The translations under genes were made by a program, and so were the position numbers. A DNA stretch of 63,824 nt, counting the filler, from Thermoplasmatota archaeon (lineage in GTDB: Archaea > Thermoplasmatota > E2 > JACPAO01 > JAHFTW01): assembly GCA_041623215.1 (NCBI GenBank). It is 5 parts of 5 records of this genome, joined end to end, with 100 filler letters (N's around TTAATTAATTAA, not from the genome) between each part and the next. Parts side by side here need not be neighbours in the genome. Positions count along the whole stretch, not along the records: positions 1 to 13,841 come from JBFJXH010000041.1; 4 more parts are not named here. The stretch is one strand, 5' to 3'. Below the pieces are notes generated by a model, which was given only the letters and a program-made list of their open reading frames with translations, made no database searches and was not told where the DNA came from. Of this stretch, positions 1-8,942 are shown one piece after another. Within the stretch, counting starts at the first letter, position 1, and each line of letters opens with the position of its first letter.

Positions 1-474
1 GCCACCCGAGTCATTTGGCTTGGCGACGGCATCCAAGGAGACGACACCGATGGGCATATCGACACCATCACTCGCTTTACGGGTCCCGGGCGCGTGGTCA
101 CAAGCGTTGCTCCGGCCGGCCACCGGGACCACGGTGCCTTGGCCCACAATCGCGCGCTTCTGGTCGCGGCCGGGTTGGACGTCGTGGACTTGCCCGTGCC
201 GGATGTTGACTTGCTAACTGACGATGGCGACATCTTGCCCGCAGGCCATGCCAATTTCCTCGTGACCAACCACCTAGTCCTCGTGCCGACCTTTGGTGGC
301 CACAGCGACGAGGAAGCCGTCCGCATTCTTGCAGCGGAGTTCCCAACCCGGCGCGTCGTCGCCATTGACCACCGCGATCTCATCTGGGGATTCGGCGGCA
401 TCCATTGCCTGTCCATGCAAGTGGCCGCGCCGTCTAGCGGGCCGCAGCAGCTGCGGCGCATCCTTCGCGGCTAG
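1..474 (+). CDS. aguA: Agmatine/peptidylarginine deiminase, 5'-truncated by window edge
   Basis: Frame 1 from base 1 reads ATRVIWLGDGIQGDDTDGHIDT...GHANFLVTN...GFGGIHCLSMQ, carrying the DTDGHID and GGxHC catalytic motifs. Confidence 0.9.
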   Translation, partial: ATRVIWLGDGIQGDDTDGHIDTITRFTGPGRVVTSVAPAGHRDHGALAHNRALLVAAGLDVVDLPVPDVDLLTDDGDILPAGHANFLVTNHLVLVPTFGGHSDEEAVRILAAEFPTRRVVAIDHRDLIWGFGGIHCLSMQVAAPSSGPQQLRRILRG

Positions 475-550
475 CCCACGTGGCCGAATCGGGTCGCTGG
501 AACTCCACCTCCCGAACGTTTCATATTCAGGATGGGGTGAAAGAAGAGCA

Positions 551-2026
551 ATGCCCCACTTGTCTGCGTCCTACTCCGTGACAGCACGCCTCGACATCGA
601 CAACGTGCCGGGTATGCTTGGAAAGATTGCAACCCGCATTGGGGAAGCGGGAGGCAGCATTGGCGCCATTGACACCGTGCGCCATACCAGCCGTGGAACG
701 CTGGTCCGCGATGTCACCATCAACGCCGCCAGCGAAGCCCATGAAACAGCCATCAAGGCGGCCCTTCGAGGCATCCAGGGCGTGCGCTTGGTCGCCATGA
801 GTGACCGTACCTTCCTCATGCACCTTGGCGGCAAACTGGAAACCGTCAGTCGGCTCCCTCTCAAGACACGCGACGACTTGTCCATCGCCTACACGCCGGG
901 TGTGGCCCGTGTCTGCAAAGCCATTGCCAAGGACAAGGAAACCAGTCACAATCTTACCATTCGAAAGAATACAGTGGCCGTTGTGTCGGATGGCTCAGCG
1001 GTGCTGGGCCTGGGCAACATCGGCCCCGAAGCAGCCATGCCGGTGATGGAAGGCAAGTGCCAATTGTTCAAGGAATTCGGCGGCGTTAACGCCTTCCCGC
1101 TCTGCATTGATGTGCACACTGCCGACGAAATCGTCGATTTCGTCAAAGCTGTGGCCCCCACCTTTGGCGGCATCAACCTTGAAGATATTGCCGCACCCAT
1201 CTGCTTCGAGGTGGAACGTCGCCTCAAGGAAGAACTGGACATCCCAGTCTTCCACGACGACCAACACGGCACAGCAGTCGTCATGCTCGCGGGCCTGATT
1301 AACGCCCTCAAAGTTGTGGGTAAGGAAATCGCCGACTGCAAGATTGTCTTCAGCGGTGTTGGTGCTTCGGGAACTGCCTGCACCAAGATTCTCCTGGCCG
1401 CCGGGGCAACCAACGTGATTGGCTGCGACCAACACGGCGCCGTGCACCGCGGGCGCGACGATTTGAATGACGCTAAGCGGGAATACGCGGAACTCACGAA
1501 CCCCGATGGCTTCGCGGGAACCCTTCAGGAAGCCTTGGTAGGGGCCGACATCTTCATCGGCTTGTCTGCGCCCGACCTGCTGGTTCGCGCAGACATTGAA
1601 CGCATGGCCAAAGACCCAATCGTCTTTGCCATGGCCAACCCGGACCCCGAGATTCGGCCGGAAGAAGCAGGCGACGCCGTCGCCGTCATGGCGACTGGGC
1701 GCAGCGACTACCCGAACCAAGTCAACAACGTGCTCTGCTTCCCCGGCATCTTTGCGGGCGCCCTCAAGGCGGGTGCAACCGACATCAATGAGCCGATGAA
1801 GTTGGCCGCTGCCCAAGCCATTGCAGCCCTCGTGGAGCCAGCTGAACTGGGCCCTGAATACATCATCCCCAGCACCTTCCATCCCCGGGTGGGCAAGGTT
1901 GTTGCACGCGCCGTTGCTCAAGCGGCCAAGGACTCTGGCATTTGCCGCCGAGGCAATGCGTTTAGCACCAGCATCGACGACCGCCACCCCGAGCGGGCGA
2001 TTGTTGGAAGGCAACTGAGGAATTAG
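551..2026 (+). CDS. NAD(P)-dependent malic enzyme with N-terminal ACT domain
   Basis: AYTPGVA, VSDGSAVLGLGNIG, PVMEGK, INLEDI, FHDDQHGTA and ATGRSDYPNQVNN motifs; start taken at ATG 551. Confidence 0.93.
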   Translation: MPHLSASYSVTARLDIDNVPGMLGKIATRIGEAGGSIGAIDTVRHTSRGTLVRDVTINAASEAHETAIKAALRGIQGVRLVAMSDRTFLMHLGGKLETVSRLPLKTRDDLSIAYTPGVARVCKAIAKDKETSHNLTIRKNTVAVVSDGSAVLGLGNIGPEAAMPVMEGKCQLFKEFGGVNAFPLCIDVHTADEIVDFVKAVAPTFGGINLEDIAAPICFEVERRLKEELDIPVFHDDQHGTAVVMLAGLINALKVVGKEIADCKIVFSGVGASGTACTKILLAAGATNVIGCDQHGAVHRGRDDLNDAKREYAELTNPDGFAGTLQEALVGADIFIGLSAPDLLVRADIERMAKDPIVFAMANPDPEIRPEEAGDAVAVMATGRSDYPNQVNNVLCFPGIFAGALKAGATDINEPMKLAAAQAIAALVEPAELGPEYIIPSTFHPRVGKVVARAVAQAAKDSGICRRGNAFSTSIDDRHPERAIVGRQLRN

Positions 2027-2064
2027 TTCCTGGGCGCCGTGGCCGGTTCGCCGAGGTTTAGCTG

Positions 2065-2349
2065 TTAGACGAGATCGCTTGGTCGCCGTAGCTGCCCCAA
2101 ATCCCAACCAATCTCGAGCCACGCCCACGCCCACAGGACGCACTCGAACGCTCGCACGAGGTCGCCGATGGCTTCAAAGTGTTCAGAGTCGGCGTCGTAG
2201 CTGCGAATATTGGTCAGCATCCGTTCGCCCTCCTTGCCCATCGCGTGGCTATCGGGGAGACGCTCCCGCAGGCGGCCGCGCCAAATGTGGGTCTGCTCAA
2301 GCAGTTCGGCTCCGTGGTCACGGTCTTGCTGGGGGGCGGCGGGGGCCAC
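2065..2349 (-). CDS. DUF357 family archaeal protein
   Basis: SYDADSEHF..GDLVRAFECVLWAWAWLEIG..LG fits the DUF357 pattern. Confidence 0.75.
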   Translation of the reverse strand: MAPAAPQQDRDHGAELLEQTHIWRGRLRERLPDSHAMGKEGERMLTNIRSYDADSEHFEAIGDLVRAFECVLWAWAWLEIGWDLGQLRRPSDLV

Positions 2350-2368
2350 GAACGCTGGCAGACCGGGG

Positions 2369-3895
2369 TCAGGTTTGACGGTGGCGGCGGGCGAGGACGC
2401 CGGCTAGGCCGACGGCGGTGACACCGAGCAAGGCCGGAACGGGCGTCGCTGCGTCCGCTGCACCCTCGGCAGTTGCTGGCTGAGTCAGGCCGTGGCACTC
2501 TTGGCCCACGACATCGACGGCGATGACAGGCCCGTGCACGGTACCAGGGCTGGTTGGGTACGGCCAGGCCGTCAGGGTATGCGGGCCGGGGGGAACGTAG
2601 AGGTCCCAAGTGATGATGCCGGGGCCGTGGCTGTGCAGCTTGCCGTTCCAAACCAGTGACCCGTCGTCATGGCGGAGCCACGCAAGCACTTCGTCGTGGG
2701 CGGCCGGTCGGCCGTCGCCGAGCGTCGCCGTCGCCTTGAAGTGATGGGGGCCACAGGTGTCTGCGGCAGGCGGCTGCGCCTCGACGACCAGGCTGGCGCG
2801 GCTGGCCCCGGCGGGGTCTGGGAGCACAGGTAGGACAGTGAAGCCTAGCGTCGCCGCAGCGGTCGCGCCTCCGTGGCTTGCCGTGGCGGCGATGGTGTGG
2901 TCGCCGAGGTCTGGGACGCGCAACATGATGTCGTGGACTCCGTCGTAGTCGTGGAGGCGCGGCGAGGCAAGCGCCACGCCGGCCGGTCCGGTCACTTCGA
3001 GCGCTACATCCACATGCGGCACCGGCTGGTCTTGTTCATCCAACAGGACGATACCGACCCGGATGGGCTGGTCCGCCCCAACCACGTTGAACGGGTCAAC
3101 CGTCAGGACGATGCGGAGCCGGCCGTCATTGCTTGTGCCTTCGGCAACCACGTTCTGGGGGGCGGCATTCGTGGCGAGGCCAGGCGTCGGCGCTAGGGGG
3201 GAGGTCATCGCGTGGTCCAGGATGAGAGGGGGGCCGGCCGCAAAGTCTGCGTCTGGGCTTGCGGGGTAGGCCTGGTAGGCATCCAAAAGGGCCTGGCCGC
3301 TGCCGGCGCGAATGGTCACGGTTGCCGGGTCGTCATGCTGGTGCAGGGGCACCTGCGTCACTGGAGCCCCGGCGGCGTCAACCAGTGTTAGCCATGCATC
3401 GCTGTGTGGAATGGACGCGCCCGCCTCGTCAATTATGGTGGGTGACAGGACCCAGGGAGATTGGGTCGCGGGATGGTCCGCGATGGCTGTGCCGGTCCGC
3501 ATGGGCGCGTCGGCGACGACGCCCGTAAAGGTTGATTCGTGTCCGCCGCTACGGGCGCTAACCGTGTACGCCCCGGGGCCCGGGAATGCGACCATGAACG
3601 CATTGTGGCCGTCATAGTCATGGGCGGCATCGCCCTCAGCGTGGAACAGCGTGACGTCATTCCAGGTAATGGTCATCGTGTAATCCTGGTGAAAGGCAGG
3701 GGCCCCGGCGTCGTCGAGGATTAGGACCCCATAGCTGGTCGGGTTGCCGGCATAGGTGCGCCCGGAATCAGGAACATCATGCGTCACGGTGACGTGGTCG
3801 GCTGAAGCAACTGGCACCGTGAGCAAGGCCAGCGCTGCGAGCAAGGAAAGTCCGGTCATCGCAACCCGGCGCCGGGTGGAGGGTACGCCACGCAT
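2369..3895 (-). CDS. Secreted, C-terminally anchored surface protein with four His/Asp-motif beta-sandwich-like repeats
   Basis: Signal peptide (RRRVAMTGLSLLAALALL..ASA), repeated HxD/HDYDG motifs, C-terminal TPVP + hydrophobic helix + RRHR. Confidence 0.75.
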   Translation of the reverse strand: MRGVPSTRRRVAMTGLSLLAALALLTVPVASADHVTVTHDVPDSGRTYAGNPTSYGVLILDDAGAPAFHQDYTMTITWNDVTLFHAEGDAAHDYDGHNAFMVAFPGPGAYTVSARSGGHESTFTGVVADAPMRTGTAIADHPATQSPWVLSPTIIDEAGASIPHSDAWLTLVDAAGAPVTQVPLHQHDDPATVTIRAGSGQALLDAYQAYPASPDADFAAGPPLILDHAMTSPLAPTPGLATNAAPQNVVAEGTSNDGRLRIVLTVDPFNVVGADQPIRVGIVLLDEQDQPVPHVDVALEVTGPAGVALASPRLHDYDGVHDIMLRVPDLGDHTIAATASHGGATAAATLGFTVLPVLPDPAGASRASLVVEAQPPAADTCGPHHFKATATLGDGRPAAHDEVLAWLRHDDGSLVWNGKLHSHGPGIITWDLYVPPGPHTLTAWPYPTSPGTVHGPVIAVDVVGQECHGLTQPATAEGAADAATPVPALLGVTAVGLAGVLARRHRQT

Positions 3896-3986
3896 GGCCT
3901 GGACGTTGCATGCCACCACTTGGCCCTTCTGGCGTCCCGGCAGGTGCCGGCGGCACACTCAAGGGTGCCATGGGTGTGGCCGCCGC

Positions 3987-5399
3987 ATGGCTTGGGACGC
4001 CGAGGGCATCCGGTCGCAGTTTCCGATTCTCCAGAAGACCGTGGATACGCTGGATGGGTCGCGCCGTCCGCTGGTGTACCTAGATCATGGGGCCAGTACC
4101 CATGCGCCCCGTCCGGTTCTTGATGCCTACACGATCTTCTTGGAGCGGTACTACGCCAACATCCACAGGGGCCACCACACGTTGAGCTTGCAGTCAAGCC
4201 AATTGTTTGATGACGTCCACAATGAGATGGCGGCCTTCGTTGGCGCCAAGATTGGCCCGCAATACATGCTCCTGAGCCAAAACACGACGCAGGCCTTGGA
4301 CATGGCTGCGCACCTCATGGCGGACACACCGGGCAAGACCGCCGTGAGCATGATGGAACACCACTCCAACGACCTGCCGCATCGGCGCGCCGGGGAGGTC
4401 GAGCACTTCGGCTTGACGGCCGACGGTCGCATTGACCTAGACGATTTGCAGCGTGTGCTGGATGGCGGCGGTGTCAAACTCGTGGCAGTGACGGGTGCGG
4501 CCAACGTGACAGGGGTTCTGCCTCCCGTCGCCAAAATGGCCCGCATGGCGCATGACGCTGGCGCGCGAATCCTGATTGATGCCGCGCAATTGGTGGCGCA
4601 CGCCCGGGTCAACGTCCGCGAACCGGACCACCCGGAACACATTGACTTCTTGGCCACTGGGAGCCACAAGGCCTACGCACCCTTCGGTTCAGGCTTCCTG
4701 CTGGCGCCAGCTGAAATCTGCGACGCTGCCCCGCCGTACATGCCGGGTGGCGGGACGGTTACCTGGGTCACCGATGCTGAGGCTCGCTTCACGGACGGTG
4801 CTGACCGCCACCAGGGCGGAACCCCCAACATTGCCGGTGCCATTGGCTACGCAGCGGCCCTTCGCTGGCTCGCGGACATTGGCATTGACAACATTCGGGC
4901 GCACGAGCAGGAACTGGCCAGTTATGGGACCAAGCGTTTTGCGGACTTGGAAGGCGTAACGCTGCTTGGGCCCCAAGACGACGCCGACCGCCTTGCGGTC
5001 TTCCCCTTCAATGTCGGAGACTTGGACCACGCCGTGGCTTCCAGCGTCCTCAACTTTGAGCACGGGATTGCCACTCGTAATGGCTGCTTCTGCGCGCACC
5101 CCTATCTGCATCGACTACTCGGCTTGGGGGACACGACGGAATATACGGCGCCCCTTGACGCGGGCCAAAAGGTGGACCTGCCGGGTGCCGTCCGTGCCAG
5201 TTGTGGCATTTACAACACGCGCCAAGACCTTGACATCCTGTTTGCTGCTTTGGAGGACCTGGCGGCGGGTCGAATCCAGGGCGAATACGATGTCCAGAAT
5301 GGCGAGTACTGCAAGCCGGTGGACTTCACCTTCCCGGCCGCCGAGTTAGCCCAGGTTGGCGCACCCATTACTGTGACAGTCGGCACGGACCGGGCTTAG
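3987..5399 (+). CDS. Class-V PLP aminotransferase / cysteine desulfurase-like protein
   Basis: YLDHGAST, YANIHRG, MEHHSN, IDAAQ, GSHKAYAP (PLP lysine), RNGCFCAHP. Confidence 0.9.
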   Translation: MAWDAEGIRSQFPILQKTVDTLDGSRRPLVYLDHGASTHAPRPVLDAYTIFLERYYANIHRGHHTLSLQSSQLFDDVHNEMAAFVGAKIGPQYMLLSQNTTQALDMAAHLMADTPGKTAVSMMEHHSNDLPHRRAGEVEHFGLTADGRIDLDDLQRVLDGGGVKLVAVTGAANVTGVLPPVAKMARMAHDAGARILIDAAQLVAHARVNVREPDHPEHIDFLATGSHKAYAPFGSGFLLAPAEICDAAPPYMPGGGTVTWVTDAEARFTDGADRHQGGTPNIAGAIGYAAALRWLADIGIDNIRAHEQELASYGTKRFADLEGVTLLGPQDDADRLAVFPFNVGDLDHAVASSVLNFEHGIATRNGCFCAHPYLHRLLGLGDTTEYTAPLDAGQKVDLPGAVRASCGIYNTRQDLDILFAALEDLAAGRIQGEYDVQNGEYCKPVDFTFPAAELAQVGAPITVTVGTDRA

Positions 5400-5447
5400 A
5401 ACCCCGGCGTAGAAATCGCTAAGAAGCCGGGCACACCCGCGCTGTTT

Positions 5448-7268
5448 GTGCAGGGTCGTTCGCTGGCCGCAGGCGCCGTACTGGTCTTTTCCATCGCCGC
5501 TCTAAGCGGGTGCATCACGGGTGCTCCGGAAGGAACCGCCGACGACGCGCAAGACGAGCCCACGTTGGCGTCTGATTTGGACGGCCACCGATTTGACGAG
5601 AACGTGGATACAAGCCACACCCTGCAGGTTGGGCCCTATGCTCCGCGCCCCGTCGAGGCCGTGACCATCACGTCCTTTGATGGCACTGAATTGGCGGCGG
5701 GCCTTTGGCGGCCGGATGTGCCTGACTCCGAGCGCGTCCCGGTGATCTTGCAGATTAGTCCGTACTTTGGATTCGGATTGTACGACGAGTCGGGCCGAAC
5801 CAAGGAGTTCTTCGTGGACGGCTTCGTGCGCCATGGCTACGCCTACGCCCAAGTCGCCATCCGCGGGACGAGTTTCAGCAAGGGCTGCATGGAGTCCATG
5901 GGCCCGAACGAGCAACAGGACATTGACGAGATGATTTCCTGGTTCGCCCAGCAACCGTGGAGTAATGGCAACATTGCCGTCATCGGATTGTCATACGTCG
6001 GTACGACGCCTTGGGTCGCCGCGGCCTCGGGCAACCCCGCCGTCAAGGCCATCGTGCCAATGGCTGGAATCAGCGACTGGTTCGAGCTAGGCTTTCGCAA
6101 CGGAACCGCAGAACCGCGAACGCCGTTTCACATGCCGCTTTACTGGGCCGCCTTTGGGGTCGGCACCCAGGGGCCCGAGATGTTCCAAGGTGACGACGCC
6201 CAAGGACTCATCGACAACGCTTGCACAGCGCCAGGCGTAGGCACAGCCGCCTCCGCCTATGCCATCGCCACCGGCGAAGCGGGCCCCTACGCCGAGTACT
6301 GGGACCAACGCGCCTTCCAACAGCGCGTCCTGGACCACTATCAAGGCGCCGTGTTCATCGTCCATGGCTTCCGGGACTGGAACGTCAACATCGACATGGC
6401 CTACCCCTTTGCTCGCGAACTCGAGGACAAAGGACTGGAGGTCAAGATGCTGCTTGGACAATGGCAACACACATGGCCGGACTCCCGCAGCGCCGACGAA
6501 CATCGACGCCTTGACTTTGCCGAGACACTCCTTCGGTGGTTCGATGTCCACCTCAAGAACCAAACCAAAGACACCGGCCCCGTAGCCGATGTTGAAGACA
6601 CGCTTGGCGCCTGGCGTGCCGAAGCCACGTGGCCCCCCCTCGACGCCGAGTGGACTGCGCTGCACCTGGGCAATGGGGTGTTGTCGCTGGATGAAACCGC
6701 TGTCGGGCAGGCGCTCCTGATGAATCCGGGTGCAGCATTCGATAGCCCGGATTGCGGTTCGGCGACGCCCAGCGTGCCATCGAATGCCGTCTGGTTTGAG
6801 CTTCCGCTAGATCAGGAACTTCGCTTTGCCGGCTTGGCGCAACTCGGGCTCACGGTCGTTCCAAGCGCGCCGGCGCAAGAGATTCAGGCAGAGCTCTACC
6901 ACGTTGCTGATGGCAACTTGGTGAGGCGCGTTGCCCACGCCGTCATGGATTTGCGGTTCCACGAAGGTGGCCGCGCGTCACAGGTAATCGTGCCCGGCGA
7001 GCCGCTCCTTGCCCGCATGGAATTCTACCCGGCCGATGTTGCTATCCCGGCAGGAGACCAATTGGCGCTCGCCATCTTCCCGGATGCGCACTCGGACCCG
7101 TGCACGCAGGCCTCACGCCCGACATCAGAGGACGCAATTCAGGGCCGATACCTGCCGGGCCAAACACCGGGCCCGCTTGTGGTGCAGTGGGGTAGTGGCG
7201 TCAGTATGCTGCGGTTGCCTGTCATCGAGCGTGACGTGGGTGATGGCCGCTACCCTGGCCAACCCTAG
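5448..7268 (+). CDS. CocE/NonD (X-Pro dipeptidyl-peptidase-like) serine hydrolase, lipoprotein
   Basis: Lipobox LSGC; SPY, RGT..S.G, QPWSNGNIAVIGLSYVG nucleophile elbow, HG..DWNV, GQWQH. Confidence 0.88.
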   Translation: MQGRSLAAGAVLVFSIAALSGCITGAPEGTADDAQDEPTLASDLDGHRFDENVDTSHTLQVGPYAPRPVEAVTITSFDGTELAAGLWRPDVPDSERVPVILQISPYFGFGLYDESGRTKEFFVDGFVRHGYAYAQVAIRGTSFSKGCMESMGPNEQQDIDEMISWFAQQPWSNGNIAVIGLSYVGTTPWVAAASGNPAVKAIVPMAGISDWFELGFRNGTAEPRTPFHMPLYWAAFGVGTQGPEMFQGDDAQGLIDNACTAPGVGTAASAYAIATGEAGPYAEYWDQRAFQQRVLDHYQGAVFIVHGFRDWNVNIDMAYPFARELEDKGLEVKMLLGQWQHTWPDSRSADEHRRLDFAETLLRWFDVHLKNQTKDTGPVADVEDTLGAWRAEATWPPLDAEWTALHLGNGVLSLDETAVGQALLMNPGAAFDSPDCGSATPSVPSNAVWFELPLDQELRFAGLAQLGLTVVPSAPAQEIQAELYHVADGNLVRRVAHAVMDLRFHEGGRASQVIVPGEPLLARMEFYPADVAIPAGDQLALAIFPDAHSDPCTQASRPTSEDAIQGRYLPGQTPGPLVVQWGSGVSMLRLPVIERDVGDGRYPGQP

Positions 7269-7389
7269 TGGAACCCTAGCCCCAAGGTCCCAAATCCCCT
7301 TCCCATGTGGGCCAGGACCGTTCGAAGCCTGCCCGACTCCGGTTAAATAGGTCGGGCGGAGAGTGTGGTTTTGCCCCTGGAGGCGAACC

Positions 7390-8268
7390 ATGAAGAGACG
7401 CATCCTGACCCTGACCACGACCTTCCTGATGCTGGCTGCAGTTGGCCTGGCAACGCCCGTTGCCGCTGACGCCGGCCATGACCACCGCCCCGATGAACGC
7501 TCCTCTGCCGACCGCGCGACGGACCGCCCTGGCCCCCGCGATGTTATGGCCTATTGCACGGACAACCCTGACGACCGCCGCTGTAAGATGGCCGCTAAGG
7601 CGTATCAGGCTCGGCAATACTGTGCTGAGCACCCCGACGACCGCCGCTGCCAGCGCGATGCCCCTGACGCTGCTGGGGACGACAACACCACCGCGGAGCA
7701 CAATCGCCTTCGCGCCATGTGCCACCGTGAACCGGACCGCGATGTCTGCGAAAAGTGGCGCCACCACCAAGCTCATGCCAAGGCTCGCCACCACGCGCAC
7801 GGCCTCCTGAAGGCCATTGATGCCCTGGAGCACCGCGTGGTCGCCCTTGAATTCCGCGAATCGCGCCTCCGCGCCCACCTCGAAGAAGGTAACCTGACCG
7901 AAAACGAAACAGCTGCCGCCGAGGAAGGCCTCGAACGCATCCAGGCTGCCCAGGACAAGGCTCTAACCAAGATTACCGAGCTACGTGAGCGCCTGCGCGC
8001 CCTGCACGACCGTTGGCAAGCCTGGAAGGACGGCCACCGCGATGACGCAGGTGATGACAACAGCACCACCAACGCCACCGCCGCGGACGCCAACCCCTAC
8101 ACGGACCCGGAAGACGCAGACTCTGATGATGTCGATTCGGACGCCGGTGCTGATGCGAGCGAAGGCTCTGACACCACCGGCGACTCGGACGAATCGACGG
8201 ACGCAACCGACGGCGAAACGGACCAGTCTGGCGGCAACGAGACGGCCTCCGACGACGCAACGGCGTAA
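7390..8268 (+). CDS. Secreted protein with three C-x3-PD-x3-C repeats, a coiled coil and an acidic tail
   Basis: Signal peptide; YCTDNPDDRRC, YCAEHPDDRRC, MCHREPDRDVC; SD GGAGG upstream and TATA-like GGTTAAATA near 7341. Confidence 0.8.
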   Translation: MKRRILTLTTTFLMLAAVGLATPVAADAGHDHRPDERSSADRATDRPGPRDVMAYCTDNPDDRRCKMAAKAYQARQYCAEHPDDRRCQRDAPDAAGDDNTTAEHNRLRAMCHREPDRDVCEKWRHHQAHAKARHHAHGLLKAIDALEHRVVALEFRESRLRAHLEEGNLTENETAAAEEGLERIQAAQDKALTKITELRERLRALHDRWQAWKDGHRDDAGDDNSTTNATAADANPYTDPEDADSDDVDSDAGADASEGSDTTGDSDESTDATDGETDQSGGNETASDDATA

Positions 8269-8270
8269 CC

Positions 8271-8837
8271 ATGTCCCCCCGACCTCGACGGGTAGCGGCG
8301 GCCTTTCTGGCTGCCGCTGCCCTCTTGTTCTTGCTCCCGTCCGCCCAAGCCCAGCCAGTCGGTGCTTGCACACAAGCTGACCCCTGCATCCTGGTCTTTG
8401 ATCTTGATGCCAATGGCTTCGTCGGTAGCAGTGACGGTACCGGCGGTGCCCAGGCGGCCACAGGCGATTGGGTGACCTTGTCCATCTACAACGACGACGC
8501 CGTTGCGCATGATCTGTACCTAGAGGGCTATGATCTGGCCTTCAGCGCTGGGTCGTACGATGTCACGGACGTGGGCCCCTTCGAGCTGAACCAGGCAGGC
8601 CTGTTTGCGCTGACGGATCTCACCACGGACGACTGGATTCCGATTCACGTTGACGCCCCTGATGATCCGGCTAGCCAAAGTGGCGCAACCAGTGCTGACG
8701 GCGATGCATCGGGCGATGCCGACGCAGAGGCAGGCGGGGGCAAGAACGGCAAATCAGACCAGGGTGCGCCAGGGCTTGGCGTGCTCGCGGCGGTAGCTGC
8801 CTTGGGCGCCGTGGCTGCCTTCGTTCGGCGTCGCTAA
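8271..8837 (+). CDS. Secreted cupredoxin-like-fold protein with PGF-CTERM-like anchor
   Basis: Signal peptide; GDWVTLSIYNDDAVAHD resembles the cupredoxin first half; C-terminus APGL + TM + RRR. Confidence 0.65.
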   Translation: MSPRPRRVAAAFLAAAALLFLLPSAQAQPVGACTQADPCILVFDLDANGFVGSSDGTGGAQAATGDWVTLSIYNDDAVAHDLYLEGYDLAFSAGSYDVTDVGPFELNQAGLFALTDLTTDDWIPIHVDAPDDPASQSGATSADGDASGDADAEAGGGKNGKSDQGAPGLGVLAAVAALGAVAAFVRRR

Positions 8838-8942
8838 CCACAGGCTCCAGTGGTTCCACTCACCTCTTCCCCCTTACCTTAACCAAGGAGCACCAATCGC
8901 TGGTTTGCAGCACCCCCATGGATGCTGCGGAGGAACCCCTCC

